From Myxococcales bacterium (GTDB lineage: Bacteria; Myxococcota; Myxococcia; Myxococcales; 40CM-4-68-19), in contig DASQAS010000108.1 of the NCBI GenBank assembly GCA_035635635.1, positions 42,843 to 106,842 of the forward strand: DNA of 64,000 nt, in the 5' to 3' direction. Below are positions 18,251-28,901 of the stretch, one piece after another (position 1 is the first letter of the stretch; each line of letters starts with the position of its first letter). Under the pieces are notes generated by a model that worked only from the letters and a program-made list of their open reading frames with translations, was not told the origin of the DNA and made no database searches. Position numbers and translations under genes: made by a program.

Positions 18251-19483
18251 ATGCTTTCCAGCACGATCGGTCCCGCTCCGATGACACAAGCTCCGGTGAT
18301 CGCGGCCATCGACATGGGGTACGGGCACTTGCGGCCGGCGGCTGCCCTGGCAGACCACCTGGGCATCCAGGTCCTGGAGATGGACCGGCCTCCGCTGGGC
18401 CACGCCCGGGATCGGGCGTTCTGGAACCCGGTGCGCAACCTCTACGAGCCGCTCACCCGGCTCTCGCAGATTCCGGCCATCGGGCTGCCGATCCGCCCGA
18501 TCCTGAACACCATCACCTCCATCCCGCCGCTGTGGCCCTCCCGGGACCTCTCCGGGCCCACGCAAGGGACGCGCTGGATGAGGAGGGCCGCGAAGATCGG
18601 GGTGGGGCGCACGCTCGCCGAGCACCTGCGCGCGACCTCCGCGCCGCTGCTCTCGACCTTCTACGCCGCGCCCATCCTCGCCGAGATCCACGGGGCCGAG
18701 CGGCTGCACTGCGTGGTCACGGACAGCGACGTGAACCGCGTCTGGGCGCCGCCTGATTCGAAGGAGACGCGGATCACCTACTACGCGCCCACCGATCCGG
18801 CGCGGCGGCGGATCGCCTCGTACGGCGTCCCGCTCTCGCGCATCCGGGTCACCGGCTTCCCGCTGCCCGGCGAGTTGGTGGGCCGCGACCGCGCCGCCCT
18901 GAAGCGGAACTTCCGCGCGCGGATGGAGCGGATCTCACGCAAGGGCAGGCCGCCCCTGGTGGTGTTCGCCGTGGGCGGGGCGGGAGCGCAGGTGCCATTG
19001 GCGAAGAGCGTGATCCGGGGGCTCACCAGGCAGATCCTGGAGGGCAACCTGCGCCTGGCGATGGTGGCGGGCCGCCGCGACGACGTCGCTTCCGCCCTGC
19101 GGTCGGTTCTCGCCGCGCAGGATCTCACGGGGCACCCCGGGGCCGAGCTGCTCTACGAAAGCGACGTCTACGCGTACTTCCGCCGCTTCAACGAGCTTCT
19201 GGCGCGGGCGGACGCGCTCTGGAGCAAGCCGTCCGAGCTCACCTTCTTCGCCGCGCTCGGGCTGCCGTTCATCGCCGCGCCGCCGGTGGGCTCCCATGAG
19301 ATGTACAACCTGCGCTGGGCCACGGACCGCGGAGCGGCGCTTCCCCAGCACGATCCGGCGGTCGCGGGAGACTGGCTGCTCGAGTGGCTGGAGGACGGCG
19401 TGCTGGCCAGCGCGGCCGAGGCGGGCATGTGTCTGCCGCAGATGGGCCTCTACGACATCGTCGACCAGGTCCAGAACGCCTGA
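18251..19483 (+). CDS. Putative GT-B glycosyltransferase (MGDG-synthase/MurG-like)
   Basis: N-terminal 'AAIDMGYGHLRPAAALA' and C-terminal 'ADALWSKPSELTFFAALGLPFIAAPPVGSHEMYNLRW' resemble the GT28/MGDG-synthase layout. Divergent from the GT4 gene. The start may be ATG at 18281. Confidence 0.5.
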   Translation: MLSSTIGPAPMTQAPVIAAIDMGYGHLRPAAALADHLGIQVLEMDRPPLGHARDRAFWNPVRNLYEPLTRLSQIPAIGLPIRPILNTITSIPPLWPSRDLSGPTQGTRWMRRAAKIGVGRTLAEHLRATSAPLLSTFYAAPILAEIHGAERLHCVVTDSDVNRVWAPPDSKETRITYYAPTDPARRRIASYGVPLSRIRVTGFPLPGELVGRDRAALKRNFRARMERISRKGRPPLVVFAVGGAGAQVPLAKSVIRGLTRQILEGNLRLAMVAGRRDDVASALRSVLAAQDLTGHPGAELLYESDVYAYFRRFNELLARADALWSKPSELTFFAALGLPFIAAPPVGSHEMYNLRWATDRGAALPQHDPAVAGDWLLEWLEDGVLASAAEAGMCLPQMGLYDIVDQVQNA

Positions 19484-19625
19484 AGGCAGGCTGCCTCTTC
19501 AGGCGTGGTCGTGGCCGTGGTCGTGGTGGTCGTGGGTTTGGTGCTGGTGCTCATCCTGGTTTTGGTGCCCGGGACTTGTGCTGGTGCTGGTGCGGTGCGG
19601 CCTGGGCCCGTATAGAAGCGGCTGC

Positions 19626-21739
<2,114 letters not shown>

Positions 21740-21764
21740 GACACCCGGGGAGGTTGCAGCACGA

Positions 21765-22169
21765 TTGGACCACCGCACGTTCCATCTCGCCGCCGTCCAC
21801 GAGCTGATCGGCAAGGGCGATGGCTTCGTCCCCGTCGTCTGGGGCGATCTCTCGGGGCTCCCGCTCCCTGATCTACTCAGTGTACTTGCACACGGACGCC
21901 GCACCGGGCTGCTCCTGGTACGGGGCAAGGACGGAAGCGAGCGGGCGCTCGGGGTCGTGAAGGGGCAGGTGACCTGGGCCGCGTCGTCCACGCCCGCGGA
22001 GCACGACGTGTGGGAGATCGCCTTCGGGCTGGTCCGCCTCCACCACGGCAACTTCACGCTCCTGCGCGCGCCCGAGGGCGTGCTGCCTCAAGACGCCGGC
22101 GCCTCGGCGACCGAGCTGCTGCTGGAGGGCATGCGGCGCCTCGACGAGGAGACGCGAAAGCCCGAGTAG
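21765..22169 (+). CDS. DUF4388-domain protein
   Basis: 'GDLSGLPLPDLLSVLAHGRRTGLLLV' is the signature opening of DUF4388 (PatA-N-like). TTG start lies 11 nt after GGGGAGG. Confidence 0.6.
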   Translation: MDHRTFHLAAVHELIGKGDGFVPVVWGDLSGLPLPDLLSVLAHGRRTGLLLVRGKDGSERALGVVKGQVTWAASSTPAEHDVWEIAFGLVRLHHGNFTLLRAPEGVLPQDAGASATELLLEGMRRLDEETRKPE

Positions 22170-22244
22170 CAGCGGGCGGTTGCCGCTACCCCTCTCGGGT
22201 GCTAGAAAGTCCGGCCCCGTTTCGGGGCGAAACAGGAGAACGAC

Positions 22245-22589
22245 GTGCTCGCCTTGGTCGCCCAGGCCGCAGATCAGCAGCAGTCCCCGTTCGGCGCGTT
22301 CGGATTGCTCGTGCCCGCCGCGCTGTTCTTCGTGATCTTCTACTTCATCGTCATGCGCCCCCAGTCCCGCCAGCAGAACGCCCACAAGGCCTTCCTCGAC
22401 AAGCTCGGGAAGGGCGATGACGTAGTCACGACCGGCGGGGTGGTGGGCAAGGTCGATCGGGTGGCAGGCGACCTGGTGTTCGTCGAGGTGGCCAACAACG
22501 TCAAGCTGCGCGTGCTGAAGGCGCAGATCTCGGGGCCTTACAAGTCGGTGGCGGAAGAGAAGCCGGCGGAAGAGCCCGCGAAGAAGTAA
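22245..22589 (+). CDS. yajC: Preprotein translocase subunit YajC
   Basis: 'FFVIFYFIVMRPQSRQQ' and 'GDDVVTTGGVVGKV' are YajC hallmarks. Lies in the conserved position before secD. Confidence 0.9.
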   Translation: MLALVAQAADQQQSPFGAFGLLVPAALFFVIFYFIVMRPQSRQQNAHKAFLDKLGKGDDVVTTGGVVGKVDRVAGDLVFVEVANNVKLRVLKAQISGPYKSVAEEKPAEEPAKK

Positions 22590-22599
22590 CGGAGAGCGG

Positions 22600-24363
22600 A
22601 TGGATCGCGCGTGGTACTGGAAGGCCGGACTGATCCTGGCCGTCACCGTCTTGTCGATCTGGGCGCTGGTGCCCAGCTGGACCTACTTCCGGCTGCCGCC
22701 GGACCAGCGCAATGACTACACCGTGTTCAACGGCGCCCGGCCGAAGTGGGCGCCGGGCAAGCACCTGAACCTCGGGCTCGACCTGCAGGGTGGGATCCAC
22801 CTGGTGATGGGCGTCGAGGTGGACCGGGCCGTCCGCGAGAAGGCCGTCCGGCGCGCGGAGGAGATCGCGGCGGAGATGGACCGCAAGGGCGTGAAGGGCG
22901 TCGAGGTCCGGGGCGATCCCGAGACCGGCTACGTGACCGTCACGGCGACCGACGTCGGCAAGGCCAAGGAGGTCCTGGCCGAGTTCAGCGACATGTACAC
23001 GCGCCGCAGCTCCGGGACCACCGTCGAGCTGGGGATGCAGGACAGCGCGGTCAAGGCGCTCAAGGAGAGCGCGGTCGAGCAGGCCATCAAGGCCATCCGC
23101 AACCGCGTCGACCAGTGGGGCGTCTCCGAGCCCACCATCGCCAAGCGCGGCGACACGCAGATCCTCGTGCAGCTGCCCGGGTACTCCAACCCGGAGAAGG
23201 CCAAGGAGTTGATCGGCCGGACCGCGCAGCTCCAGTTCAAGATCGTCGACGACAACGACACCAGCCTGACCAAGCTGACCGACCTGCCCCAGGGCGTGAC
23301 TCTGAACTGGGACCGCTACAACGGCCCGGGGGACGCGCAGGTCTCCTCGCCCTATCTAGAGAGCAAGGACCGCAGGGTCCTGCAGGAGTACCTGAAGGGC
23401 AAAGCGCCTGCCGGCCGCACCTTCGCGATCGGCCTGGTGGAGGACCGGATCAAGCGCGAGAACAGCTACCGCTCCTGGATGCTCGATCAGAAGCAGGGGA
23501 TGAGCGGCGAGTACATCACCGAGGCGAACGTGGCCATCGACCAGTCGCCCGGCGAGGGCAACCGCCCCTACGTGCAGGTGAACTTCAACCGCACCGGCGC
23601 GGAGCTGTTCGGCAAGCTCACCCGCGAGAACGTCAAGCGCCGCATGGCCATCGTCCTCGACGACACGGTGGACTCGGCGCCGGTGATCCAGTCCGAGATC
23701 CCCGGCGGCATCTGCTCCATCCACCTCGGTGGCCTGAAGCCGGTCAACGAGATCCGCGAGGAGGCGAAGGCGCTGGTGATCGTCCTCAAGTCGGGCGCGC
23801 TGCCGGCCCCGGTGCGCATCCTCGAGGAGCGCAGCGTGGGCGCCTCGCTGGGGCCGGAGCTGATCCGCCGCGGCTCGATGGCGGCGCTGGTCGGGCTCCT
23901 CGCCGTGCTGGTGTTCATGGGGTTCTACTACCGGTTCTCGGGGGTGGTGGCCGACGTGGCGCTGGTGCTGAACGGCGTGGTGGTGCTGGCGATCATGGCG
24001 GCGATCAACTCGACGCTCACCTTGCCGGGAATCGCCGGATTCGTGCTCACGCTGGGAATGGCGGTGGACGCGAACGTGCTGATCAACGAGCGCATCCGCG
24101 AGGAGCTGAGGGCGGGCAAGAGCATCGGCCCCGCCATCAAGAACGGGTATGAGCGGGTCTTCTGGACCATCTTCGACGGGCACGTCACGGCGCTGGTGGC
24201 CGGCTTCGTGATCCGCGCCTACGGATCGGGTCCGGTGCGCGGCTTCGCCACCACGCTCATCATCGGACTGCTCGCATCGATGTTCACTTCCATCGTGGTC
24301 ACCCGCGCGATCGTCGAATGGTTCGCGTCGCATGGCCGCCTCCACAAGGCTGTTAGCTTCTAG
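22600..24363 (+). CDS. secD: Protein translocase subunit SecD
   Basis: 587 aa with a large periplasmic domain and a C-terminal six-helix bundle ('SLGPELIRRG', 'LTLPGIAGFVLTLGMAVDANVLINERIREE'). Confidence 0.95.
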   Translation: MDRAWYWKAGLILAVTVLSIWALVPSWTYFRLPPDQRNDYTVFNGARPKWAPGKHLNLGLDLQGGIHLVMGVEVDRAVREKAVRRAEEIAAEMDRKGVKGVEVRGDPETGYVTVTATDVGKAKEVLAEFSDMYTRRSSGTTVELGMQDSAVKALKESAVEQAIKAIRNRVDQWGVSEPTIAKRGDTQILVQLPGYSNPEKAKELIGRTAQLQFKIVDDNDTSLTKLTDLPQGVTLNWDRYNGPGDAQVSSPYLESKDRRVLQEYLKGKAPAGRTFAIGLVEDRIKRENSYRSWMLDQKQGMSGEYITEANVAIDQSPGEGNRPYVQVNFNRTGAELFGKLTRENVKRRMAIVLDDTVDSAPVIQSEIPGGICSIHLGGLKPVNEIREEAKALVIVLKSGALPAPVRILEERSVGASLGPELIRRGSMAALVGLLAVLVFMGFYYRFSGVVADVALVLNGVVVLAIMAAINSTLTLPGIAGFVLTLGMAVDANVLINERIREELRAGKSIGPAIKNGYERVFWTIFDGHVTALVAGFVIRAYGSGPVRGFATTLIIGLLASMFTSIVVTRAIVEWFASHGRLHKAVSF

Positions 24364-24373
24364 GAGTCGCGTC

Positions 24374-25588
24374 ATGGAGATGAAGTACTTCGACCTGATC
24401 AAGTCCGGCACGACGCACGACTTCGTGAAGTACCGCCGCGTCGCGGTGGTCGTGTCGCTGATCGTCAACGCCCTGGTGCTGCTCGGCGTCCTGGTCTGGC
24501 CCGGTCTCAACTACGGCGTGGACTTCGCCGGCGGCACCGAGATGCAGATCCACTTCAAGAAGAGCGTGGATCCGGGCGAGATCCGCGACCTGATCTCGCA
24601 CGTCGGCTTTGGCGAGCCCACCGTCCAGCGATACGGCAACGAGGCCGACAACCAGTTCCTCATCCGGGTGGAGCGGATCGCGCTGCTCACGCCGGAGAAG
24701 GCCCGGCAGATCGAGGACTCGGTCCGGCAGACCCTGCAGGGTCTGCAGAGCTTCCGCTTCGACCCGGAGGTCGGGGACAAGCTGGACTTCTTCTTCAAGC
24801 AGCCGGTCGACGAGAACGCGCTCAAGGCGACGGTGGAGAAGCTGGGCTCGCCGGTGAAGGAGGTCCGCAAGCTCGTCGCGCGCGAGGGCGAGGCGCAGGA
24901 GTACACGGTGATCACGCAGGGGACGGGGGACAAGATCGGCTCCGCCCTGCGCGAGAAGTACGGCCAGGACCAGGTGGAGGTGGTGCGCACCGACTACGTA
25001 GGACCGCAGGTCGGCAAGCAGCTGCGCATCGACGGGATCCTGGCGGTGGTCTACGCGATCGGGATGATCCTGATCTACGTCGGGTTCCGCTTCGACTTCC
25101 GGTTCTCGCCCGGCGTGGTGATCGCGCTGGTGCACGACGCGATCATCACCCTGGGCTTCTTCCTGGTCAGCCGGCACGAGTTCAACCTGACCTCGGTGAC
25201 GGTGATCCTGACGGTGGTGGGCTACTCGGTGAATGACACCATCGTCATCTACGACCGCATCCGCGAGAACGCGAAGAAGCACAAGGGCCGCGCGCTGCGC
25301 GACATCGTCAACCTCTCGATCAACGAGATGCTCGGGCGCACCATCCTCACATCCGGGGCCACCGCGCTCTCGCTGCTCGGGCTCCTCTTCTACGGCGTGG
25401 GGACCATCTGGGACTTCGCCGCCGCCATGCTGGTCGGCATCATCTCGGGAACGTACTCGACCTGGTACATCGCCAGCCCGATGACCATCTGGCTCGAGGA
25501 GCACGCCGACCAGCGCAAGGCGATTGCCGCGGCCCAGCCCAAGGCGAAGAAGCCGGAGCAGCCGCCGCGCGCAGCGGCGGCGCGCTGA
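24374..25588 (+). CDS. secF: Protein translocase subunit SecF
   Basis: ATG at 24374 follows AGGAG. 'YFDLIKSGTTHDF', 'GLNYGVDFAGGT' and 'VGYSVNDTIVIYDRIREN'. Confidence 0.95.
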   Translation: MEMKYFDLIKSGTTHDFVKYRRVAVVVSLIVNALVLLGVLVWPGLNYGVDFAGGTEMQIHFKKSVDPGEIRDLISHVGFGEPTVQRYGNEADNQFLIRVERIALLTPEKARQIEDSVRQTLQGLQSFRFDPEVGDKLDFFFKQPVDENALKATVEKLGSPVKEVRKLVAREGEAQEYTVITQGTGDKIGSALREKYGQDQVEVVRTDYVGPQVGKQLRIDGILAVVYAIGMILIYVGFRFDFRFSPGVVIALVHDAIITLGFFLVSRHEFNLTSVTVILTVVGYSVNDTIVIYDRIRENAKKHKGRALRDIVNLSINEMLGRTILTSGATALSLLGLLFYGVGTIWDFAAAMLVGIISGTYSTWYIASPMTIWLEEHADQRKAIAAAQPKAKKPEQPPRAAAAR

Positions 25589-25594
25589 GCCGCC

Positions 25595-26512
25595 ATGGCG
25601 AAGATCGCCCTCGTCCAGGATGCGCCGGCGTGGTTGGATCGCGCCGCCACCCTGGCCCGCTGCGCCGGGTTCGCCGCCAGGGCCGCCGGCGAAGGCGCGA
25701 AGCTGGTGGTCTTCCCCGAATCGTTCGTCAGCGGGTATCCGGACTGGATCTGGCGCCTGCGGCCCGGGCCGGACGCGAAGATCGTCTCCGATCTCCACCA
25801 GCGGCTGATCGACAGCGCGGTGGATCTCTCCCGGGGAGATCTCGATCCGCTGCGGGAGGCGGCGCGGGCCAGCGGCATCGCCATCGTCTGCGGCCTGAAC
25901 GAGCTCCACCCGAAGACGCGCGGCTCGCTCTACAACACGGTGGTCACCATCGGGGCGGACGGCACCCTCCTCAACAGCCACCGCAAGCTCGTTCCGACCA
26001 ATCCCGAGCGCATGGTCTGGGCCCAGGGCGACGGCGCCGGGCTCTCGGTGGTGGAGACGCCGGCGGGCAGGACTGCCGCGCTGATCTGCTGGGAGAACTA
26101 CATGCCGCTGGCGCGGGCGGCGCTCTACGCGCAGGGCGTCGACCTCTATCTCGCGCCCACCTGGGACCACGGCGAAGGCTGGCTGGCCTCCATGCAGCAC
26201 ATCGCCCGCGAGGCGCGCTGCTGGGTGGCGGCTCCCGCCTATTGCATCCAGGGGCGCGACATGCCGTCCTGGCTGCCAGGCCGCGAGCAGATCTATTCCG
26301 ATCCGGAGGAGTGGGTGCACCCGGGCGATAGCGTGGTGGTCGACCCGATGGGAAAGATCGCGGCCGGTCCGTTGCGCCGCGAGCGCGGGATCCTCTACGC
26401 GGACTGCGACCTGGAGCGCGTCCAGCAGGCGCGCAGGACCCTGGACGTCGCGGGTCATTACTCGCGTCCGGACGTGTTCAGCCTGCAGATCCGCCGGTTC
26501 GACGGGAAGTGA
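25595..26512 (+). CDS. Nitrilase / carbon-nitrogen hydrolase family protein
   Basis: Catalytic-triad contexts 'VVFPESF' and 'ALICWENYMP'. 305 aa. Starts 6 nt after the secF stop. Confidence 0.85.
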   Translation: MAKIALVQDAPAWLDRAATLARCAGFAARAAGEGAKLVVFPESFVSGYPDWIWRLRPGPDAKIVSDLHQRLIDSAVDLSRGDLDPLREAARASGIAIVCGLNELHPKTRGSLYNTVVTIGADGTLLNSHRKLVPTNPERMVWAQGDGAGLSVVETPAGRTAALICWENYMPLARAALYAQGVDLYLAPTWDHGEGWLASMQHIAREARCWVAAPAYCIQGRDMPSWLPGREQIYSDPEEWVHPGDSVVVDPMGKIAAGPLRRERGILYADCDLERVQQARRTLDVAGHYSRPDVFSLQIRRFDGK

Positions 26513-26778
26513 GCGAGGGCGGGCGCGCCCGCTCTCCGCGCCTGCGGCGTCAACGGCGAGATCGTCGGCTCCGGGCCGACGGACGCGGTAGGTCCACGGG
26601 CCGCGCGCGTTCAGATCCGCGGGATCTCGCGGGATCTGGAAAAATCCGCCCACAGCGGCCGGCTCCGACCAACAGCCTGTGGGCGGACGCGCCGATCGCC
26701 TCCGTTGCTGCGCAAAGAACGTGGATGCTACCCCCTCTGAAGAGACCGGCGCAGACTGCCGGATTGGGGGGAGTCCAA

Positions 26779-27015
26779 ATGACCGCCTTGAAAATTGCCG
26801 CCGCGACGGCGCTCGTGCTGGCTTTGCTGAACGGGCCCGCGAGGGCCGAGGCTTCGGATCGCGCGCCCGCGCGGGTGAGCGTGGCCCACGGGGGGCCTGC
26901 ACGCACCGCCGTTCCGTCGAAGAGCTCGCGCGCGACCCGGGCGCCGAAGACACCGCTGCGGCGCATGCCGTCGCGGGACCGGAGCACGGACCTCGAGCTT
27001 CCGCAGCTGGGCTGA
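26779..27015 (+). CDS. Small secreted hypothetical protein
   Basis: ATG at 26779 follows GGGGGGAG. Signal peptide 'MTALKIAAATALVLALLNGPARA', then a basic low-complexity tail. Confidence 0.35.
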   Translation: MTALKIAAATALVLALLNGPARAEASDRAPARVSVAHGGPARTAVPSKSSRATRAPKTPLRRMPSRDRSTDLELPQLG

Positions 27016-27017
27016 GC

Positions 27018-27225
27018 TCACCTGGTCCGTCCCGAGGTCCGACGGGCGCTCCGGAAGGCCGCCGGCGACTCGCCGGTGTGCCGCTTGAACGCGCGGCTGA
27101 AGGCAGCCTCCGAAGCATAGCCGACCCGCTCGCCGATCGTGGCGAGCGGGTCGCTGGTGTCCCCGTGCAGCTCGGACGCCAGCAGATCGAGGCTGGCGTC
27201 CGCCGCGTACCCTTGCGGGCCATCG
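27018..27225 (-). pseudogene. C-terminal remnant of an AraC-family transcriptional regulator
   Basis: My minus-frame translation reads '...LDLLASELHGDTSDPLATIGERVGYASEAAFSRAFKRHTGESPAAFRSARR*', the second HTH of an AraC domain. The frame opens directly after the stop of the neighbouring gene and has no plausible start. Confidence 0.6.
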
Positions 27226-27227
27226 GG

Positions 27228-28382
27228 TTAGAGGACCATCCGCTCGTGAATGAGGGCGCCGCGCCCGAAGCGCTCGATCGACAGCGCCGAGATGTCCACG
27301 CTGTGGCTCCGGCCGGAGACGATCAGCTCTGCGATTGCCCTGCCGGCCGCGGGAGCGTGCATCACGCCGTGGCCGGAGAAACCGTTGGCGAGGAAGAAGC
27401 CGGGAACCGAGGGGACGGCGCCCAGCACCGCGTGGTGGTCAGGAGTGACTTCGTAGAGGCCCGCCCAGCTCCGCCGGCGATCGATGCCGGCGTCCGACAC
27501 CGCCGGGAACCGCTCTTGCAGCGGGTCCACGATCCGCTCGGCAAAGTCGGGATCGAACGCGGTGTTGAAGCCGGGCGGCTCGTCCGGGTTGGACCAGGCG
27601 ATCAGGATCCGCTCGCCCTCGCGGCGGATCAGCACCCCGCTGTCGGCGTCGATGGTCATGGGGATGAGCGGGGGCAGGGCAGGGCAGGGCCCGGTCATCA
27701 GAAGGTGGCGGCGCACGGGCTGCACGGGGAGATCGATCCCCAGCATGCCGGCAACCCGTCTCGCCCAGGGTCCGCCGGCGTTCACCACCGCGCGGGCCGT
27801 CATCTCGCCCGAAGCGGTGCGCAGGGTGAAAGCGCCCGATGCGCTCCGCTCGATGGCCTCGACTTCCGCTCCGTAGCGGATCTGCACTCCGGCTCGCGTC
27901 GCCTCGCGGAGGAAGAAGTTGCAGAGCCCGCCCGGGTCGATGAACCCGTCGCGCGCGCCGAAGGTCCCGCCGGCGATGGGACCTCCCAGCCAGGGCGCTC
28001 GCGCCCGGACGCCGGCCGGGTCGAGCACCTCCACCGCGACGCCGCGCTCGCGCTGCCAGGCCGCCGCCGATTCCATGGCTTGCAGCTTTGCGGGCTGGCC
28101 CGTGACGAACAGATAACCCGCCTTCCGGTAGATCGGCGGCTGCCCGATCTCCGGCGCGAGCGCGTCGAGGATCTCCATCGAGGCCAGCGAGATCGCGACG
28201 TTCACCTCGGTGGTGAACTGGGCGCGGATGCCGCCGTTCGCCTTGGAGGTGGACCCGGCGCCGGGCAGCGGTTCGCGCTCCAGGATGCGCACTCCGCGCT
28301 GGCCCATCCGGGCGAGGTGGAAGGCGACGCTGCAGCCGATCACGCCGGCGCCGACGATCGCGACCTCGCAGGGTTCGGGCAT
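27228..28382 (-). CDS. FAD-dependent oxidoreductase (DAO / sarcosine-oxidase-beta-like)
   Basis: N-terminal dinucleotide fold 'VAIVGAGVIGCSVAFHLA', 'GGIRAQF' and C-terminal 'GFSGHGVMHAPAAG'. 384 aa. Confidence 0.85.
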   Translation of the reverse strand: MPEPCEVAIVGAGVIGCSVAFHLARMGQRGVRILEREPLPGAGSTSKANGGIRAQFTTEVNVAISLASMEILDALAPEIGQPPIYRKAGYLFVTGQPAKLQAMESAAAWQRERGVAVEVLDPAGVRARAPWLGGPIAGGTFGARDGFIDPGGLCNFFLREATRAGVQIRYGAEVEAIERSASGAFTLRTASGEMTARAVVNAGGPWARRVAGMLGIDLPVQPVRRHLLMTGPCPALPPLIPMTIDADSGVLIRREGERILIAWSNPDEPPGFNTAFDPDFAERIVDPLQERFPAVSDAGIDRRRSWAGLYEVTPDHHAVLGAVPSVPGFFLANGFSGHGVMHAPAAGRAIAELIVSGRSHSVDISALSIERFGRGALIHERMVL

Positions 28383-28540
28383 GGTGGCGCCTTCCTATCA
28401 TTCCGGGCGTGGATTTTCCGGCACCCCCGCAGCGTCTCCGGACACCAAAACGAGGACGAACACGACCTCCAGCACCCGCTCGACTCCGTTCACGGCCTCG
28501 GTCACGGCCACGATCACGCTTCCGCCTCAACGCCCGGCCC

Positions 28541-28580
28541 AAAACGCGAGAAGCGCGGGCCGCAACCGGGCGGACCGCGC
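28541..28580 (-). terminator. Candidate intrinsic terminator downstream of the YHS gene
   Basis: The minus strand reads GCGCGGTCCGC-CCGGTT-GCGGCCCGCGC followed by TTCTCGCGTTTT. This is an 11-bp stem with one mismatch plus a U-rich tail, about 70 nt after the stop at 28652. Confidence 0.45.
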
Positions 28581-28651
28581 TCCTCTCTCACTTCCCGATT
28601 CGGAAGCCGCCGGCGCTGGCCCGCCGGCGCCCCCATTTCCCCGCCGACCCC

Positions 28652-28885
28652 CTAGGCCAGCCCCCACTTCACCTTGCCGTGCGTGAACAGCGCGCCCGCG
28701 CGCGCCGCCTCCTGCATGCGGATCCGCTCCGCGGCCCGCTCGAATTCGTGTTTGCACTTCTGCGAACAGAAGAAGTACCGGCGCTTCTTGTACTCGCTGC
28801 TGGGAGTGGCATCGCCGTTCTCCACCGCCACTCCGCAGATGGGGTCGTACGACCGCCCCTTGGTCCTGCTGTCGCCCGAGTTCAC
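28652..28885 (-). CDS. YHS-domain protein (TRASH-type metal-binding)
   Basis: 'YDPICGVAVENGDATPSSEYKKRRYFFCSQKCKHEF' fits the YHS pattern (DPVCGM...Y.FCS..C...F). GTG start follows GGGGGGAAGG. Confidence 0.75.
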   Translation of the reverse strand: MNSGDSRTKGRSYDPICGVAVENGDATPSSEYKKRRYFFCSQKCKHEFERAAERIRMQEAARAGALFTHGKVKWGLA

Positions 28886-28901
28886 GTGCCTTCCCCCCGC
28901 C

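Noticed and set aside
19499-19600. His/Asp-rich peptide ('HQHQTHDHHDHGHDHA*') on the minus strand of the GT-rich tract, as a possible metal-binding micro-protein.
   Set aside because: I found no ATG/GTG/TTG start in that frame in the stretch I traced upstream of the His/Asp-rich tail. The frame simply continues antisense into queA.
26634-26650. 17-nt exact match ATCTGGAAAAATCCGCC between the nitrilase downstream region and the 3' end of glyS (49063-49079).
   Set aside because: The flanks do not align and one copy is ordinary glyS coding sequence. A single 17-mer match in 64 kb is borderline compatible with chance. No structure or function could be assigned.
28398-28517. 39-codon minus-strand ORF ('VIVAVTEAVNGVERVLEVVFVLVLVSGDAAGVPENPRPE') just upstream of the FAD oxidoreductase.
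   Set aside because: It is too short, has only a weak RBS and has no supporting features. It could be a chance frame in the leader.
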